From assembly GCF_009914755.1 (NCBI RefSeq), contig NC_060931.1: a stretch of 64,000 nucleotides of DNA; one strand, written 5' to 3'. Numbering within the stretch: the first letter of the stretch is position 1; each line of letters opens with the position of its first letter. The stretch comes from the human T2T-CHM13v2.0 reference genome, Homo sapiens. Made by a program: the position numbers and the translations under genes. A model generated the notes under the pieces. That model had not been told where the DNA came from and did no database searches. It saw nothing but the letters and a program-made list of their open reading frames with translations. Below are positions 42,911 to 57,808 of the stretch, in pieces.

Positions 42911-44514
42911 GTGAGTGGGGAGTGGTGGATTTGTCCTGCTTTATCCACGCACCTGCCAATGGGTCCTTTTCAAGGGTCCCAGAGAACTCAGGCAGCAGGC
43001 AGCCCGCGAGCCCAGCTTCCTCACGCATGGATTTCGGGAGATGCCTCTGTGGACATCCACCCCATGGTGCCCAGATGTCATGGGAGAGGCAGACACCCCG
43101 AACCCCATGGCTCACGACGTGGCTGAACTGCTCCCCGGACGTCTGTCCTCAGCAGCAGGAGGGACGCCGACCCCGGCCCCTGTACCCCCCCGCCTCTAGG
43201 TCTCCAGGGAAGGACCCTCCTGGGGTGGGCAGGCTGCTCTTGGCCCCAGATCTGCTTCTGGGTCTGAGGCTGGCCCTCAGCCGTGCTGCACGTGCCTCCC
43301 ATTACCATCCTAAGTCAAGGCAAAACAAAACCACACAGTCCCCGAGCCATCTGCAAACCTCCCGCAGCAAGCTCGGAGGGTGAGGCCCCCCCACAGTAAG
43401 CTCGGAGGGTGAGGCCATCTGAGTGCCGGGCTGGCCGGGCTTAGGAGGAGACCAAGCTTTACCCACGGAGACGCCGTTTAATGGAACCCAAGTGACCCAA
43501 GGGAGCTGCCACGCCACCGCTCAACCACACCCACAGGGAACACACATGTAGGGGCCTGGGGCCTTGTCCAGTGCGGGGGTCCTGGTTCAGATGTCCTGAA
43601 GCTCCTCCCTCGGAGTGGGCAGCCCCCATTAGGAAACTTCTGGAACCCAGAGGCTGGAAGCCGGCCTCACTCTGGGACCTGGGCCCTCCCCGTGATTGCT
43701 GGGGCTCCCTCAGAGCGGGGGTCTTCTTCCCACCTTGGATGCTGAGGGGGAAGGAGGTAAGACACTGGAGGGCTGGGTGGGCTCACCAGGCTTCAGAGGG
43801 CAGTGGGACTTGGACAGCTCAGCCTAGCGCCCAGCTGTCTCTCCGGGCAGGTCTCACAAATGCCCCGAGGCAGGCCCATCGCTGGCCAAATTCCCCACCC
43901 CTCCTGCCTGGACTCAGTCCCTTGTGAAATCTAAGCAAAGTCCTAGGGTGTCTGAGGTCAGAGTGCATCGGGTAGCTCCTGCTGCATAACAAGCGGGGGA
44001 GGGGGTGGCCCATGGCTCTGGACTGCTGGGCCACAGGGGTGATGAGGTGAGGCTTGGAGGAGTCTGTAGGATCCTAACTTTGATGACTATTCAGGGTTTG
44101 AGGCTGCACTCAGCTTTATCGCCTGTGAAACCCACGCAGCCAGCAGGGGTACGAGTGCTTCTGAGGTCCCAGTGGGCGGGGGGTGGCCTGACCCAGACAG
44201 GGCAGGGGGACGGCAGCTGGAGCGCGTGGAGAGAGCGCCCGTTCCCTGGGAGCCACTGGAGGGCGCATGGCACACGGCGCCCGGCCAGGGCCTGACTGTG
44301 ACTGGAGCAAGAGCCGAGGGACTGGACGGACGGCAGGTGGCGCCACCTGATCTGTGCAGGGACAGGCAGGGACAGGCAGGCAGAGAAAGAGCCCAGCTGG
44401 AGGCTGCCAGCGCTCCAGGGAGAGGAGTGGGGAGCGGACAGCGCCGGCCCGGGCTGGAAGGTCAGCTTGAGGCTCTGGGATGTGAACACTGGGCACCGAG
44501 TCATCCAGAAATAA

Positions 44515-45733
<1,219 letters not shown>

Positions 45734-48017
45734 ATGAGTTATCAGTGTGTGGCTTGGTGTTTCTGACACCTGCACACACTTGCATATCTACTGCAGGGGA
45801 CATTTCTCCCTGAGCTCAGCCCAGATGTGCTTTGTCACAGCCCATCGCTTATGGCCTTGGACACATGTAAAGAGAAAAGCACGCATGCCCACGCTAAGTT
45901 TGGCCCCTCACTTGGCACAAATCTTGATCCGCCACCTGGCTTGCTGCAGGTCAGCAGCTGCCCTCTCCACAGTGAGGAGCACTTGCCGAGGGACAGACGT
46001 GAGGGACGGACGTGAGGGTCGTCTCCAGGCTAAGGCGGGGCTTCCTTAGCCGGAGGCTTCCTGGCTCAGGAGTCCCGCACAAGCGCCAGCTGAGACAGGG
46101 ACTCACAGCCCGTTCTCTGGCACACACAGCCCCAGCACATGTGGCCCGACGTGGCTGGCCCCTGGGGTTGCATGGGCGGGTGCCCTCACTGACCTGCACG
46201 GGGTAGGGAGACCCCAGGGCATTGCGTGGTTCTCTGAGCCACATTCCAGGTGACTTCTCTGCGCCACCCTTCGGCATCTTTCGCCAGGGAGCCCTGAGGA
46301 GCTTGGCACCTTACGATCCACAGAGGTGGGAACCCCTGACAGGAGAGCACTCCCCAGCCGGTGTCAGGGGAGCATCTGTGCTGTCGAAGGGAGGCCCAGG
46401 TCTTCAAGACCTTTTCCCACTAATGGTCGGTGAGGACTCAGCAGTACCCACCCCATTTCCCTTTCTGACTCGGCTGCTGGGAAGCTCAGAGCTCTGGTTC
46501 CGGATCCATCAGCCCTGCCTTCTGGAGGCTGCTGCCCCTTCTTTGCACTTTGCGGGTCTCCCTCTGCTGTTTGTTTAAGGTGCCTCACAGCATAGGGGCC
46601 ACTGAGCACCCTGACTGCTGGGCTGAACACGGACCCTTCCCAGCAGCTTCTCTGCAAAGCTGTGCTGCCAGCAGCCGGATCGCAGGCACCGCCTGGCAGA
46701 TCTGAAGGTTCGTGCTGTGCAACGTGCCTTCCTGTTTGTGAGTTCACCTGACCGACACCAGGAGGGGCTGGACTCCTCGCCTGCCGCCGGCAAGGCCCGC
46801 CCTGGGCCAGTGGGGTGCACACAGCAGGCCCTGTGTCGTGGGTGGTCAGAATTTTGGCCACAACAGTTGGGGGACGGGGCTGGATGCTGGCCAAGGAAGA
46901 GCAAACAGCCTCATCTCCTTCCCACAGCTTGGTGGGTGCAGAGAGGACCTGGGGACACGGTCCTTAGGGTCTCCTCCGGCCCCGAGTCTCGATGTCCACA
47001 TAGAGATGGCCTGAGTGGTCAGCCAGACCTGCCCAGACCACATCTTAGCCCAGCCCTGGGTGTCTTCAGGGAGCTAAGGAGGAAGTCACAGTAGACGTCC
47101 GTGGGTCACAGTGAGGCCAGTCACCGCTCTGAGGTGCAGGCCCCGAGGGCCACGGCTGAGGAGGCCCAGCCAGGCCAGCAGTGGCCACGGGAAGCCCCAG
47201 GCCCTCCCCACAACAACAGCCCGGAGCCTGTGACTCTGCTCTCACAGGGTGAGGCCGGCCGTGCTCCCGCCTCCCGGCTTGCATGCAGCTCTGTGCGTTG
47301 GTGGCAGCCAAGGCAGGCAGCCTGACCTCAGCCTCAGGAGCTCTGTTGGGGGGCGGGGCACCCAAGGGGGCACTCAGGGCCTGAGCCAGCGTCCCAAGGC
47401 TGCCAGGTGGCGGCTGCAGCTACTTTTCTGCTCCACCGTCAGTTGGGGGAGCACTGAGACGGCAGCACAAACCCCCAACCTGGGCTGGGCAGGAGGCGGC
47501 CCCGGGGCAGCAGCACCTGGGTGTCTGCTCTGTGGAGGCCCAGACCGGAGCCACTGGCCTCAGCCCTCCCCGGGGCCCATCCTGGAACAGACTTGGCCTC
47601 ACAGTGGGGCACGGACCTCCTCGCCATGGCCACCCGGCCCTCCCCGGCAGCTGCCCAGAGCTCTGCGGTCACCACGGCCTTCCCGGTGCCCCGCGGCACC
47701 TCACATCACTTGGGGGCAGGGACCACGTGCTGCTGGGAACAGGAAGTGTGTGGCTTGATTCTGTGCGGCCTAAGTGTGTTTCCTGGCAGGGTCAGTCACT
47801 GCCAGCGCTGGGAAACGGCCGGCCTGAACGCAAGCGATCAGCCAGCACCCACTGCCAGGAACGCCACACACAGAGCGCCCCCAATGCCATCCTGGGGTGG
47901 CCACCAAGGGCGGGGTCTCAGCCTGGCGTGCGCTGGCATGGGGGACACGAATTCCGCAGTCCACAGGCAGGGGACGCACCGCACAGAGCAGGACCCACGG
48001 CTGCTGCTGGGTCGGGT

Positions 48018-48023
48018 TTTATT
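48018..48023 (-). terminator. C7orf50: C7orf50/CHLSN polyA signal AATAAA
   Basis: tttatt on plus strand about 600 nt past the stop codon. Confidence 0.85.
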
Positions 48024-48620
48024 TCAAATGCAGCCACAGAGGCGGTTTCTGCACAGGTACGTGATCCGACTCCACAAGCTCCCACCAGGGGCTCCCCATG
48101 ACCCGCAATGACGCTGTGTGGGGTCAAAGGAAAACAGGCCACAGCCAGGCCCCTCGATGGACGCAGGCAGGGGACCAGGAATGCGGCCCACGCAGGGGGA
48201 TCGGGAATCAGGCGGAAGGTGCAGGTTTGCAGCTGGCGGGAGGAGCCAGCATGCCCCAATCTCTAAAATATTCCCGGTAGAAAAATAGACATTTCCCTCC
48301 AAAGCAGATTCCTGGGGCTGGAGGGTCCCTCCAAGGCCAGGGGTCCGGGTGATTCCAGAGCATCCACGCTCTGCGCTGAAGGCACTGAACCTGCCATCAC
48401 TGTCACAGCCGTCACCGGCCAAGGAGGGTCTGGAGGAGGGAAGGGGCCCTTGCGAGGCTCTGGTGCTGGTGATCCCGGCCCCCACCACCGGAGGAGCTGA
48501 AAGCCCTTGCTCAGCCGCTGCCCTGCTGGTGAACCCGGCCCCCACCGCCGGAGGAGCTGCACCCTGTGTGGTCTGAGGCAGCCCTGCACTGGGCAGCGGC
48601 CCCGCCCCGCGCTGAACCCA

Positions 48621-48800
48621 CTAGGAGAGCAGCTGCAGCACCTGTCGGATGCGCTGGGCCCTCCCCGGCAGGGGGGGATCAGAGCCCTCCTCATCCAGCT
48701 CCCGCATCAGGGCTTCCGCCTTCTGCACCGTCAGCTCTCGGGCCCGGCCCTGCAGCCCCTCCAGGTAGGCCAGCAGGGTGGAGAAGTGCTCATCGGGAAC
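48621..48800 (-). CDS. C7orf50: C7orf50/CHLSN last coding exon ([18 protein letters not shown]...[10 protein letters not shown])
   Basis: Acceptor ctctttcccgtccAG|GTT; 180 nt to TAG; absent from the ORF track. Confidence 0.95.
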   Translation of the reverse strand, partial: VPDEHFSTLLAYLEGLQGRARELTVQKAEALMRELDEEGSDPPLPGRAQRIRQVLQLLS

Positions 48801-49339
48801 CTGGACGGGAAAGAGATCGAGTTGGTCAGGGGCGGGGCAGGGAGGGGCCGCTGAACAGCAGGAGACAAGACGCTGCAGCCAAGGACACCCGGGCCTCAGG
48901 CTTCCGTCCTCCCACTGCGGCCCGAGGGTGTGGGCGGCCTGGCCACAGACCCTGCCCCAGACACTGGAAGAAGAAATGCCTGTTTAGAGGCAGACAAAAC
49001 ACTCAATTAACCTGGGTAAAACAGAAGCCATGTGGGGAGAACATTTCACAAACATCGTAAAAATCCTCAGAAAAACGAGAAAATACGACACAAATTAAAC
49101 AGGGGTAGGCGGTGATGAAAGGTGCATTCAGAACAAAAAGCCAAGTACGCGCCGGCACTTGGCACGCTCGCCTTTCTGCTCAGGGCGGCAGTGGCCAGGT
49201 GGCATCTCTTGGTGGCCTGACCCTTGTCTGCTGGTGGTGGGGGCACCTCTGCACAGGCTCACCAGTCACCTGACAATCTGCTCTGCAGGCACGTTTCCTC
49301 AGGTCCCTGTGGCAGCGGCTTTCAACACTGGGCTCTTTT

Positions 49340-49960
<621 letters not shown>

Positions 49961-50950
49961 AGTATCGGCATGTTCGTAAATATGTACGGTTACATATGAA
50001 ATAAAAATGTATAAGTAAAATGCACATTTGTGTGTTTGTAAATATGTTTAATTACAATAGTGTAAGATAACTTTGCGTGTGTGTGTGTGTGTATACACAC
50101 ATATAAATGGCTAACCAAGGATTTGCCTAACCAAGGATTATTTTTCTGTATAAAAAGTTTTGTATAAAGTTTACTTTTGGTAATAGTAACATATAAATAA
50201 AACCACGTAAACTTTGGTTAAAACAAAACAAAACGTGGAAACCCAGTTGTCCCTGGCTCTGTTAAGAAGAGGTTTCCTCCACATGGAACAGGCTTGGCCC
50301 GCATGCTGGAATCAGCTGCGCCGGGCGTGAGGGTTTCCAGGCTTCCCAGGCTGTTCCAGTCAATTCTACTTCCACCCTTGTGCCTGCCCCAGTGTCGCGA
50401 TTACCGGAGCTTGCAATAGGGCTTACAATCGGCTTGCAATAGGGCTTGCAATGTGTATGTCCTCTAACTCTGAGGAGGGAGAGTGGCTTGAGCCCAGGAG
50501 GTCGAGGCTGCAGTGAACTGTGGTCGTGTCACTGCACTCCAGCCTGGGCGGGGCCCTGTCTCAAAAAACGCCCACAAAAAAACAAAAACAACAAAATAAT
50601 GAAAGCAAGTGGCTGCAGGCTATGCCTGGAATGTCCCAGGGCTGTGAGTGGGGCTGGTGGGCCTGCCCCGCTCTGAGAGTCTGCAAACACAGGCACGGCA
50701 GGAGAAAACCGCCCCCTGCCCCCAGCGCGCACGCAAAGCCTGGCCTCTAGTAACGTGGGCGCAGGAGAGCCAGCGAGGCAGGAGGCACTGCCCACCGGAT
50801 GCAGCTCAGCAGAACCGTGGGCTCCTCCAGCCTCACAGGACATGGGCAGCTCCAGCCCGCCGCCCAGCAGCCGGGTTTAGTTCAGAATTCTGTCTCGTTT
50901 CATCCTGTGAAACTCTATCTCACATCCTGCCCCTGAAAAGGGCAGCTGCC

Positions 50951-51047
50951 CACACGTACATGTGTAGACACACATCACGCGCACACACGTGTAGACACAC
51001 GTCATGCACACACGCACGTGTAGACACACGTCACACGCACACGTGCA
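50951..51047. repeat. Alternating purine-pyrimidine (CA/CG/TA) tract
   Basis: cacacgtacatgtgtagacacac... Confidence 0.75.
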
Positions 51048-51221
51048 GGTGGCCTCCCTAAGGTTACCCCGTGTTGGTTTCTGCCCTGAAGGCCGGCGGC
51101 AGGGCTCCTGGAGGAGGCAACGCTGCTCATCTCTTAGAACAAAGGCACCGGGAGACCTGCCCTGCAGTGGGGCCCTGAGGGCGGCCCCTTCAGACTGTGG
51201 CTTCTGCTGTCAGGGCCCCAG

Positions 51222-51465
51222 TGTGCACAGGAGACGTGCCTGCCCCGCCGTGCACAGACCTCAGCCCCCAGGAGACGTGCCTGCCCCGCCGTGCACAGAC
51301 CTCAGCCCCCGGGAGACGTGCCTGCCCCGCCGTGCACACACCTCAGCCCCCGGGAGACGTGCCTGCCCCGCCGTGCACACACCTCAGCCCCCGGGGGGAC
51401 GTGCCTGCCCCGCCGTGCACAGACCTCAGCCCCCAGGAGACGTGCCTGCCCCGCCGTGCACACAC
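51222..51465. repeat. 41-bp minisatellite, about 6 copies, abutting the CHLSN donor
   Basis: gtgcacagacctcagcccccaggagacgtgcctgccccgcc. Confidence 0.95.
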
Positions 51466-51547
51466 CTTGTCACTGTCATACATGTGCAGCAGGAGCCACG
51501 TCTGCCTCGTCTTCTGAAACCTCCAGTTCTTGTGCTTTTGGGCCCAT
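51466..51547 (-). CDS. C7orf50: C7orf50/CHLSN penultimate exon ([27 protein letters not shown]; WKF/DUF2373-type motif)
   Basis: tctttctttccctAG acceptor, AAG|GTGTGT donor, 82 nt, phases match both neighbours. Confidence 0.95.
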
Positions 51548-52316
51548 CTAGGGAAAGAAAGACAAACATCTCAGGGTGCTGGGCAAAAGACTCCCGGGCA
51601 GCTGTCTGCCCTGAGAGATCGGGGACGCCTCATCTTAGGAGAGGGAGCCCCACCAGGTACTACACACCAAGGCCTCATGTGAAGAGGGTTTTTGGAGCCC
51701 CTCCCCTGCCCGAGGCGAGGAGCCGCAACCCCACGCCCTGCTGCCGCCTGACCAGGAAGCATGTGGACGCCACTCTTACCTTGGCCACCCCGGGGCTCAC
51801 CACTGACCCCAAGTCCCCGTGGGCTCCCCCACCCCATGGGTCACACGGATTTTACAGGGGGGGAAGGATGAAGTGAGTTTCTCTGGGAGGAAAGGGAGCG
51901 ATGTAATTGATGATGTATTTTCTACATGAAAATGGGAAGACTGTAAGGAACAATACCCTGAGTCCCAGGCCCTCACAACAAGGGGCCAGTGGGCCTGGGG
52001 ACGAGCAGCTCCCGGCTGCTAGAGGGGCCGCTCCCCAGGGCCACAACCACCCCGCCCCCGTCCCGCTCCTGCACTAGGGCCTGTGGACATCAGGCAGCTG
52101 CGGATGGAGCGAAGCTGGCGCTGTGGGTAGGGCAGGGCCAGGCAGGGTTTACTCCAGAGACCTCCTCCCAGATACGTGTTTCCAGGGCCAGGCAGGGCAG
52201 CCGAGCCCAGAAGCCTCCATCAGTGTGCAAGCCCAGGTCTGAAGACTGTAGGCTCAGCACGGGGGAGGGCCCTGTGCCTGTTGTGAGCGCTGCCCAGCTT
52301 GCCTGACCCCACTGCC

Positions 52317-55045
52317 ATGTGGGTGAGTGGAGTCCTGTGGGTGTGGAGCCCTGTGGGTGGGGAGTCCTGTGGGTGAGTGGAGTCCTGTGGGTGGGGAGTC
52401 CTGTGGGTGAGTGGAGTCCTGTGGGTGGGGATTCCTGTGGGTGAGTGGAGTCCTGTGGGTGGGGAGTCCTGTGGGTGAGTGGAGTCCTGCGGGTGAGTGG
52501 AGTCCTGTGGGTGAGTGGAATCCTGTGGGTGGGGAGTCCTGTGGGTGAGTGGAGCCCTGTGGGTGGGGAGTCCTGTGGGTGAGTGGAGTCCTGCGGGTGG
52601 GGGGTCCTGCCGGTGGGGAGTCCTGCGGGTGGGGAGTCCTGTGGGTGAGTGGAGTCCTGTGGGTGAGTGGAGTCCTGCGGGTGGGGAGTCCTGCGGGTGG
52701 GGAGTCCTGTGGGTTAGTGGAGTCCTGTGGGTGGGGAGTCCTGTGGGTGAGTGGAGTCCTGCGGGTGAGTGGAGTCCTGTGGGTGGGGAGTCCTGTGGGT
52801 AGGGAGTCCTGTGGGTGTGGAGCCCTGTGGGTGGGGAGTCCTGTGGGTGAGTGGAGTCCTGTGGGTGGGGAGTCCTGTGGGTGAGTGGAGTCCTGTGGGT
52901 GGGGAGTCCTGCGGGTGGGGAGTCCTGCGGGTGGGGAGTCCTGTGGGTGAGTGGAGTCCTGTGGGTGAGTGGAGTCCTGTGGGTGGGGAGTCCTGTGGGT
53001 GAGTGGAGTCCTGTGGGTGGGGAGTCCTGTGGGTTAGTGGAGTCCTGCGGGTGGGGAGTCCTGTGGGTGGGGAGTCCTCTGGGTGAGTGGAGTCCTGTGG
53101 GTGGGAAGTCCTGTGGGTGAGTGGAGCCCTGTGGGTGAGTGGAGTCCTGTGGGTGAGTGGAGTCCTGCAGGTGGGGAGTCCTGTGGGTGGGGAGTCCTGT
53201 GGGTGAGTGGAGTCCTGCGGGTGAGTGGAGTCCTGCGGGTGAGTGGAGTCCTGTGGGTGAGTGGAGCCCTGTGGGTGAGTGGAATCCTGTGGGTGGGGAG
53301 TCCTGTGGGTAGGGAATCCTGTGGGTGTGGAGCCCTGTGGGTGGGGAGTCCTGTGGGTGAATGGAGTCCTGTGGGTGGGGAGTCCTGTGGGTGAGTGGAG
53401 TCCTGCCGGTGGGGAGTCCTGTGGGTGGGGAGTCCTGTGGGTGAGTGGAGTCCTGTGGGTGAGTGGAGTCCTGTGGGTGGGGAGTCCTGTGGGTGAGTGG
53501 AGTCCTGTGGGTGGGGAGTCCTGTGGGTGAGTGGAGCCCTGTGGGTGAGTGGAGTCCTGCGGGTGAGTGGAGCCCTGCGGGTGAGTGGAGCCCTGTGGGT
53601 GAGTGGAGTCCTGCGGGTGGGGAGTCCTGTGGGTGGGGAGTCCTGCGGGTGAGTGGAGTCCTGCGGGTGAGTGGAGTCCTGCGGGTGAGTGGAGCCCTGT
53701 GGGTGAGTGGAGCCCTGTGGGTGAGTGGAATCCTGTGGGTGGGGAGTCCTGTGGGTGGGGAGTCCTTGGGTGAGTGGAGTCCTGTGGGTGAGTGGAGTCC
53801 TGTGGGTGGGGAGTCCTGTGGGTGAGTGGAGTCCTGCGGGTGGGGAGTCCTGTGGGTGAGTGGAGTCCTGTGGGTGGGGAGTCCTTGGGTGAGTGGAGTC
53901 CTGTGGGTTTGGAGTCCTGTGGGTAGGGAGTCCTGTGGGTGAGTGGAGTCCTGTGGGTGAGTGGAGTCCTGTGGGTGAGTGGAGTCCTGTGGGTGGGGAG
54001 TCCTGTGGGTGAGTGGAGTCCTGCGGGTGGGGAGTCCTGTGGGTGAGTGGAGTCCTGCGGGTGGGGAGTCCTGTGGGTGAGTGGAGTCCTGTGGGTGAGT
54101 GGAGTCCTGTGGGTGGGGAGTCCTGTGGGTGAGTGGAGTCCTGTGGGTGGGGAGTCCTGTGGGTGAGTGGAGTCCTGCGGGTGGGGAGTCCTGTGGGTGA
54201 GTGGAGTCCTGTGGGTGAGTGGAGTCCTGTGGGTGGGGAGTCCTGTGGGTGAGTGGAGTCCTGCGGGTGAGTGGAGTCCTGCGGGTGAGTGGAGTCCTGT
54301 GGGTGAGTGGAGTCCTGTGGGTGAGTGGAGTCCTGTGGGTGGGGAGTCCTGTGGGTGGGGAGTCCTGTGGGTGAGTGGAGTCCTGTGGGTGAGTGGAGTC
54401 CTGTGGGTGGGGAGTCCTGTGGGTGAGTGGAGTCCTGCGGGTGGGGAGTCCTGCGGGTGAGTGGAGTCCTGTGGGTGAGTGGAGTCCTGTGGGTGGGGAG
54501 TCCTGTGGGTGGGGAGTCCTTGGGTGAGTGGAGTCCTGTGGGTGAGTGGAGTCCTGTGGGTGGGGAGTCCTGTGGGTGGGGAGTCCTGTGGGTGAGTGGA
54601 GTCCTGCGGGTGGGGAGTCCTGTGGGTGAGTGGAGTCCTGCGGGTGGGGAGTCCTGTGGGTGAGTAGAGTCCTGTGGGTGGGGAGTCCTGTGGGTGAGTG
54701 GAGTCCTGCGGGTGGGGAGTCCTGTGGGTGAGTGGAGTCCTGTGGGTGAGTGGAGTCCTGTGGGTGGGGAGTCCTTGGGTGAGTGGAGTCCTGTGGGTTT
54801 GGAGTCCTGTGGGTGGGGAGTCCTGTGGGTGAGTGGAGTCCTGTGGGTGAGTGGAGTCCTGTGGGTTTGGAGTCCTGTGGGTGGGGAGTCCTGTGGGTGA
54901 GTGGAGTCCTGTGGGTGAGTGGAGTCCTGTGGGTGGGGAGTCCTGTGGGTGAGTGGAGTCCTGTGGGTGAGTGGAGTCCTGTGGGTGGGGAGTCCTGTGG
55001 GTGAGTGGAGTCCTGCGGGTGGGGAGTCCTGCGGGTGTGGAGCCC
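52317..55045. repeat. 2.7-kb G-rich VNTR of interspersed 18-mer and 16-mer units
   Basis: gtgggtgagtggagtcct / gtgggtggggagtcct, roughly 160 units. Confidence 0.97.
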
Positions 55046-56007
55046 AGCTGTGCAGCTGCTAGGTGACACGCCAGCCCCATGTGCAGTGACGCAGGGCTCC
55101 TGCGTGATGAGAGGGGCCTCCAGGGAGGTTTAATTTTAGTTCCTTTCTTTTTAGACAGCCCCTCGTCGTCTGCTCCCCGGATGGCCGACCCGGCCAGCGT
55201 GGGCCCCTGTGAGGTGCACCCGGGCCAGCCAGGCCATGGCATCTGCCTGCTGGGGGCTGTTTTACTGCTGCAGGGCAGAAGTTGGCATCTCAGCTCTGCC
55301 ACTTTCTAACTCTCCCACCTTGAGCTGCTGCTTTCCACCAGCCTGTTTCCTCCTTGGGAACGTGGAGTGGTGACCCCACTTCACGGGTGTTCCCAGAGCC
55401 CACGCACGGTGAGTCAGTCACAGCTGCTCTGCACACTGCCCTCCCATGGGGCCCGAGGCCACAGCACTGCTGGCCCACGGCACTGCTGCCTACGGCCCTG
55501 AACCAAGGGCGCCTCTCTCTCACCGAGCCCCCACCAGGCAGACTTCAAGCCAAGCCCATCTCCCTCACCACCGAAGATGAGCCGTCCCGCTCTTGGCCTC
55601 GTCACTGGGGGAGCAGACACAGCGAGGGGCGGGTGGGGTGCTCAGTGTCGCCTGTGGCTCCCACGGCACTGGGCGAGGCCTCCTGAGTGATGGCCGCCTC
55701 TGCCACCCACCCTGGGGACTGGTCCCTGCGCAACTGCAGACAGTTCACAGGATGCCTGACACAATCCTCTTTCTCTCTGCCTAGGTGGGGCAGCAGACAG
55801 GAGATCCCATCTTGGAAAAGGAAAGAGAGCAGTCAGAGGGAAGTCCCTTGTCCCCAGCATAGCGGGGGCCACGGCCACTGCAGGGTCATCTGTCCAGAGC
55901 TGCCTAGAGCGTCCCAGAGAGAAGAACCTCCTCCCCTGTGGTACTCACCAGCTGGGTGGAGAACCAGAGTCCCTGCTAGCCTACTGGGCTTTAAAAAAAA
56001 GCAGGGG

Positions 56008-56297
<290 letters not shown>

Positions 56298-57277
56298 TCA
56301 ACCCACAAAAAGCGGGGACTTCTTGCTGAACCCCCTTCCAAAAGAAAACTGAGCGAGGGTCTCTATTGAGACAGCATCTGAAGCCGGCCCGCAGCCACAG
56401 CGTCCACGTGCTCGTAACTGCACCAGGAACTGCCAGCCGCGGTGAGCTGACGACCCAATGCCCATGAAGGCCCGAGCGGGGCTGGCGCGGACAGGGGCCG
56501 GGTCTCATGGGTTGGCCGCTCCTCCCATACTTGGAGCTGGGCTGTCCCTCGGCAGCGGGGCAGTGGGCCTGGGTAGGGAAGGACACCCAAGAAGTGTCCC
56601 CTAAGCTCCGCTGATGGGACAGTTTGGCCTCTGCTCTGGCCTGTCATTCCAGGGTTCCAGGCCCGGAGGCCACGGGGTGCAAGGAAGCTAAGACACCATG
56701 CTGTGCTGGGCAACATGGGGACCTGAGGAGGGTGGGCTTGGGCTGCCCCACGGCAGGAGTGACTTGCTCTCGTCCTCCCGCAGGTGAGTGGGGGACCCCG
56801 TCCCGGCTGGATCCGTGTGGCCCGGGTCCCAGTTCCTCTCTCTCCTGTGGGGGCACCACCTCCCGCCTCGAGCAGACCCAGGCAGGGGGCCGGCCCCCGA
56901 AAATGGTGAGCTAAAGCCTGCAGGGACCAGGGAGGCAGCGGTCACCTCGCCACCTGCCCCCAACGTGAACACCCAGCAGGCGTGTTCTTTTCTTTTTTCA
57001 GTTATATGGAAAGTAAATCTTCAATTTCCTGCGTTAAGCATATAAATAAACTCTTTTTTCTCTTTAATGAGGAACAGGCTTGCCCGCTGACAGCCGTGTG
57101 CCTCGCTCGTGTAACTACCACAGTGGACCCAGCAACCCAGAGACCCACAGAAAGTGGAGGGACTGCTTCCAGCACTCCCAAACTTCCGCCTATGCAAGGC
57201 CAGAGCAACACGGCTCTGAGCTGGAAAAACAGAGCTGGGTGACCAAGCCTGGGGCCCCTGCTGGGAAAACGAGGGGA

Positions 57278-57808
57278 CAGTCACAGCACAGGGAAAGAGC
57301 ACACGACGGCCACAGTGCAGGGAAAGAGCACACGACGGTCACAGCACAGGGAAAGAGCGCACGACAGCCACAGCGCAGGGAAAGAGCGCACGACGGCCAT
57401 ACTGCAGGGAAAGAGCGCACGACGGCCACAGCGCAGGGAAAGAGCACACGACGGCCACAGCGCAGGGAAAGAGCACACGACGGCCACAGCGCAGGGAAAG
57501 AGCGCACGACGGCCATACTGCAGGGAAAGAGCACACGACGGCCACAGCGCAGGGAAAGAGCGCACGACGGCCACAGCGCAGGGAAAGAGCGCACGACGGC
57601 CACAGCGCGGGGAAAGAGCGCACGACGGCCACAGCGCGGGGAAAGAGCGCACGACGGCCACAGCGCGGGGAAAGAGCGCACGACGGTCATACTGCAGGGA
57701 AAGAGCGCATGACGGTCACAGCGCAGACAAAGAGCGCACGATGGCCACATTGCAGGGAAAGAGCACACGACGGCCACAGCGCAGGGAAAGAGCGCATGAC
57801 GGCCACAA
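57278..57808. repeat. 29-bp CpG-rich minisatellite, about 18 copies
   Basis: ccacagcgcagggaaagagcgcacgacgg; unit starts at 57542 and 57571. Confidence 0.95.

Noticed and set aside
52220-55302. 949-aa and 862-aa minus-strand ORFs
   Set aside because: Translations of a VNTR strand that lacks stop codons; open in several frames, with no promoter or domain evidence
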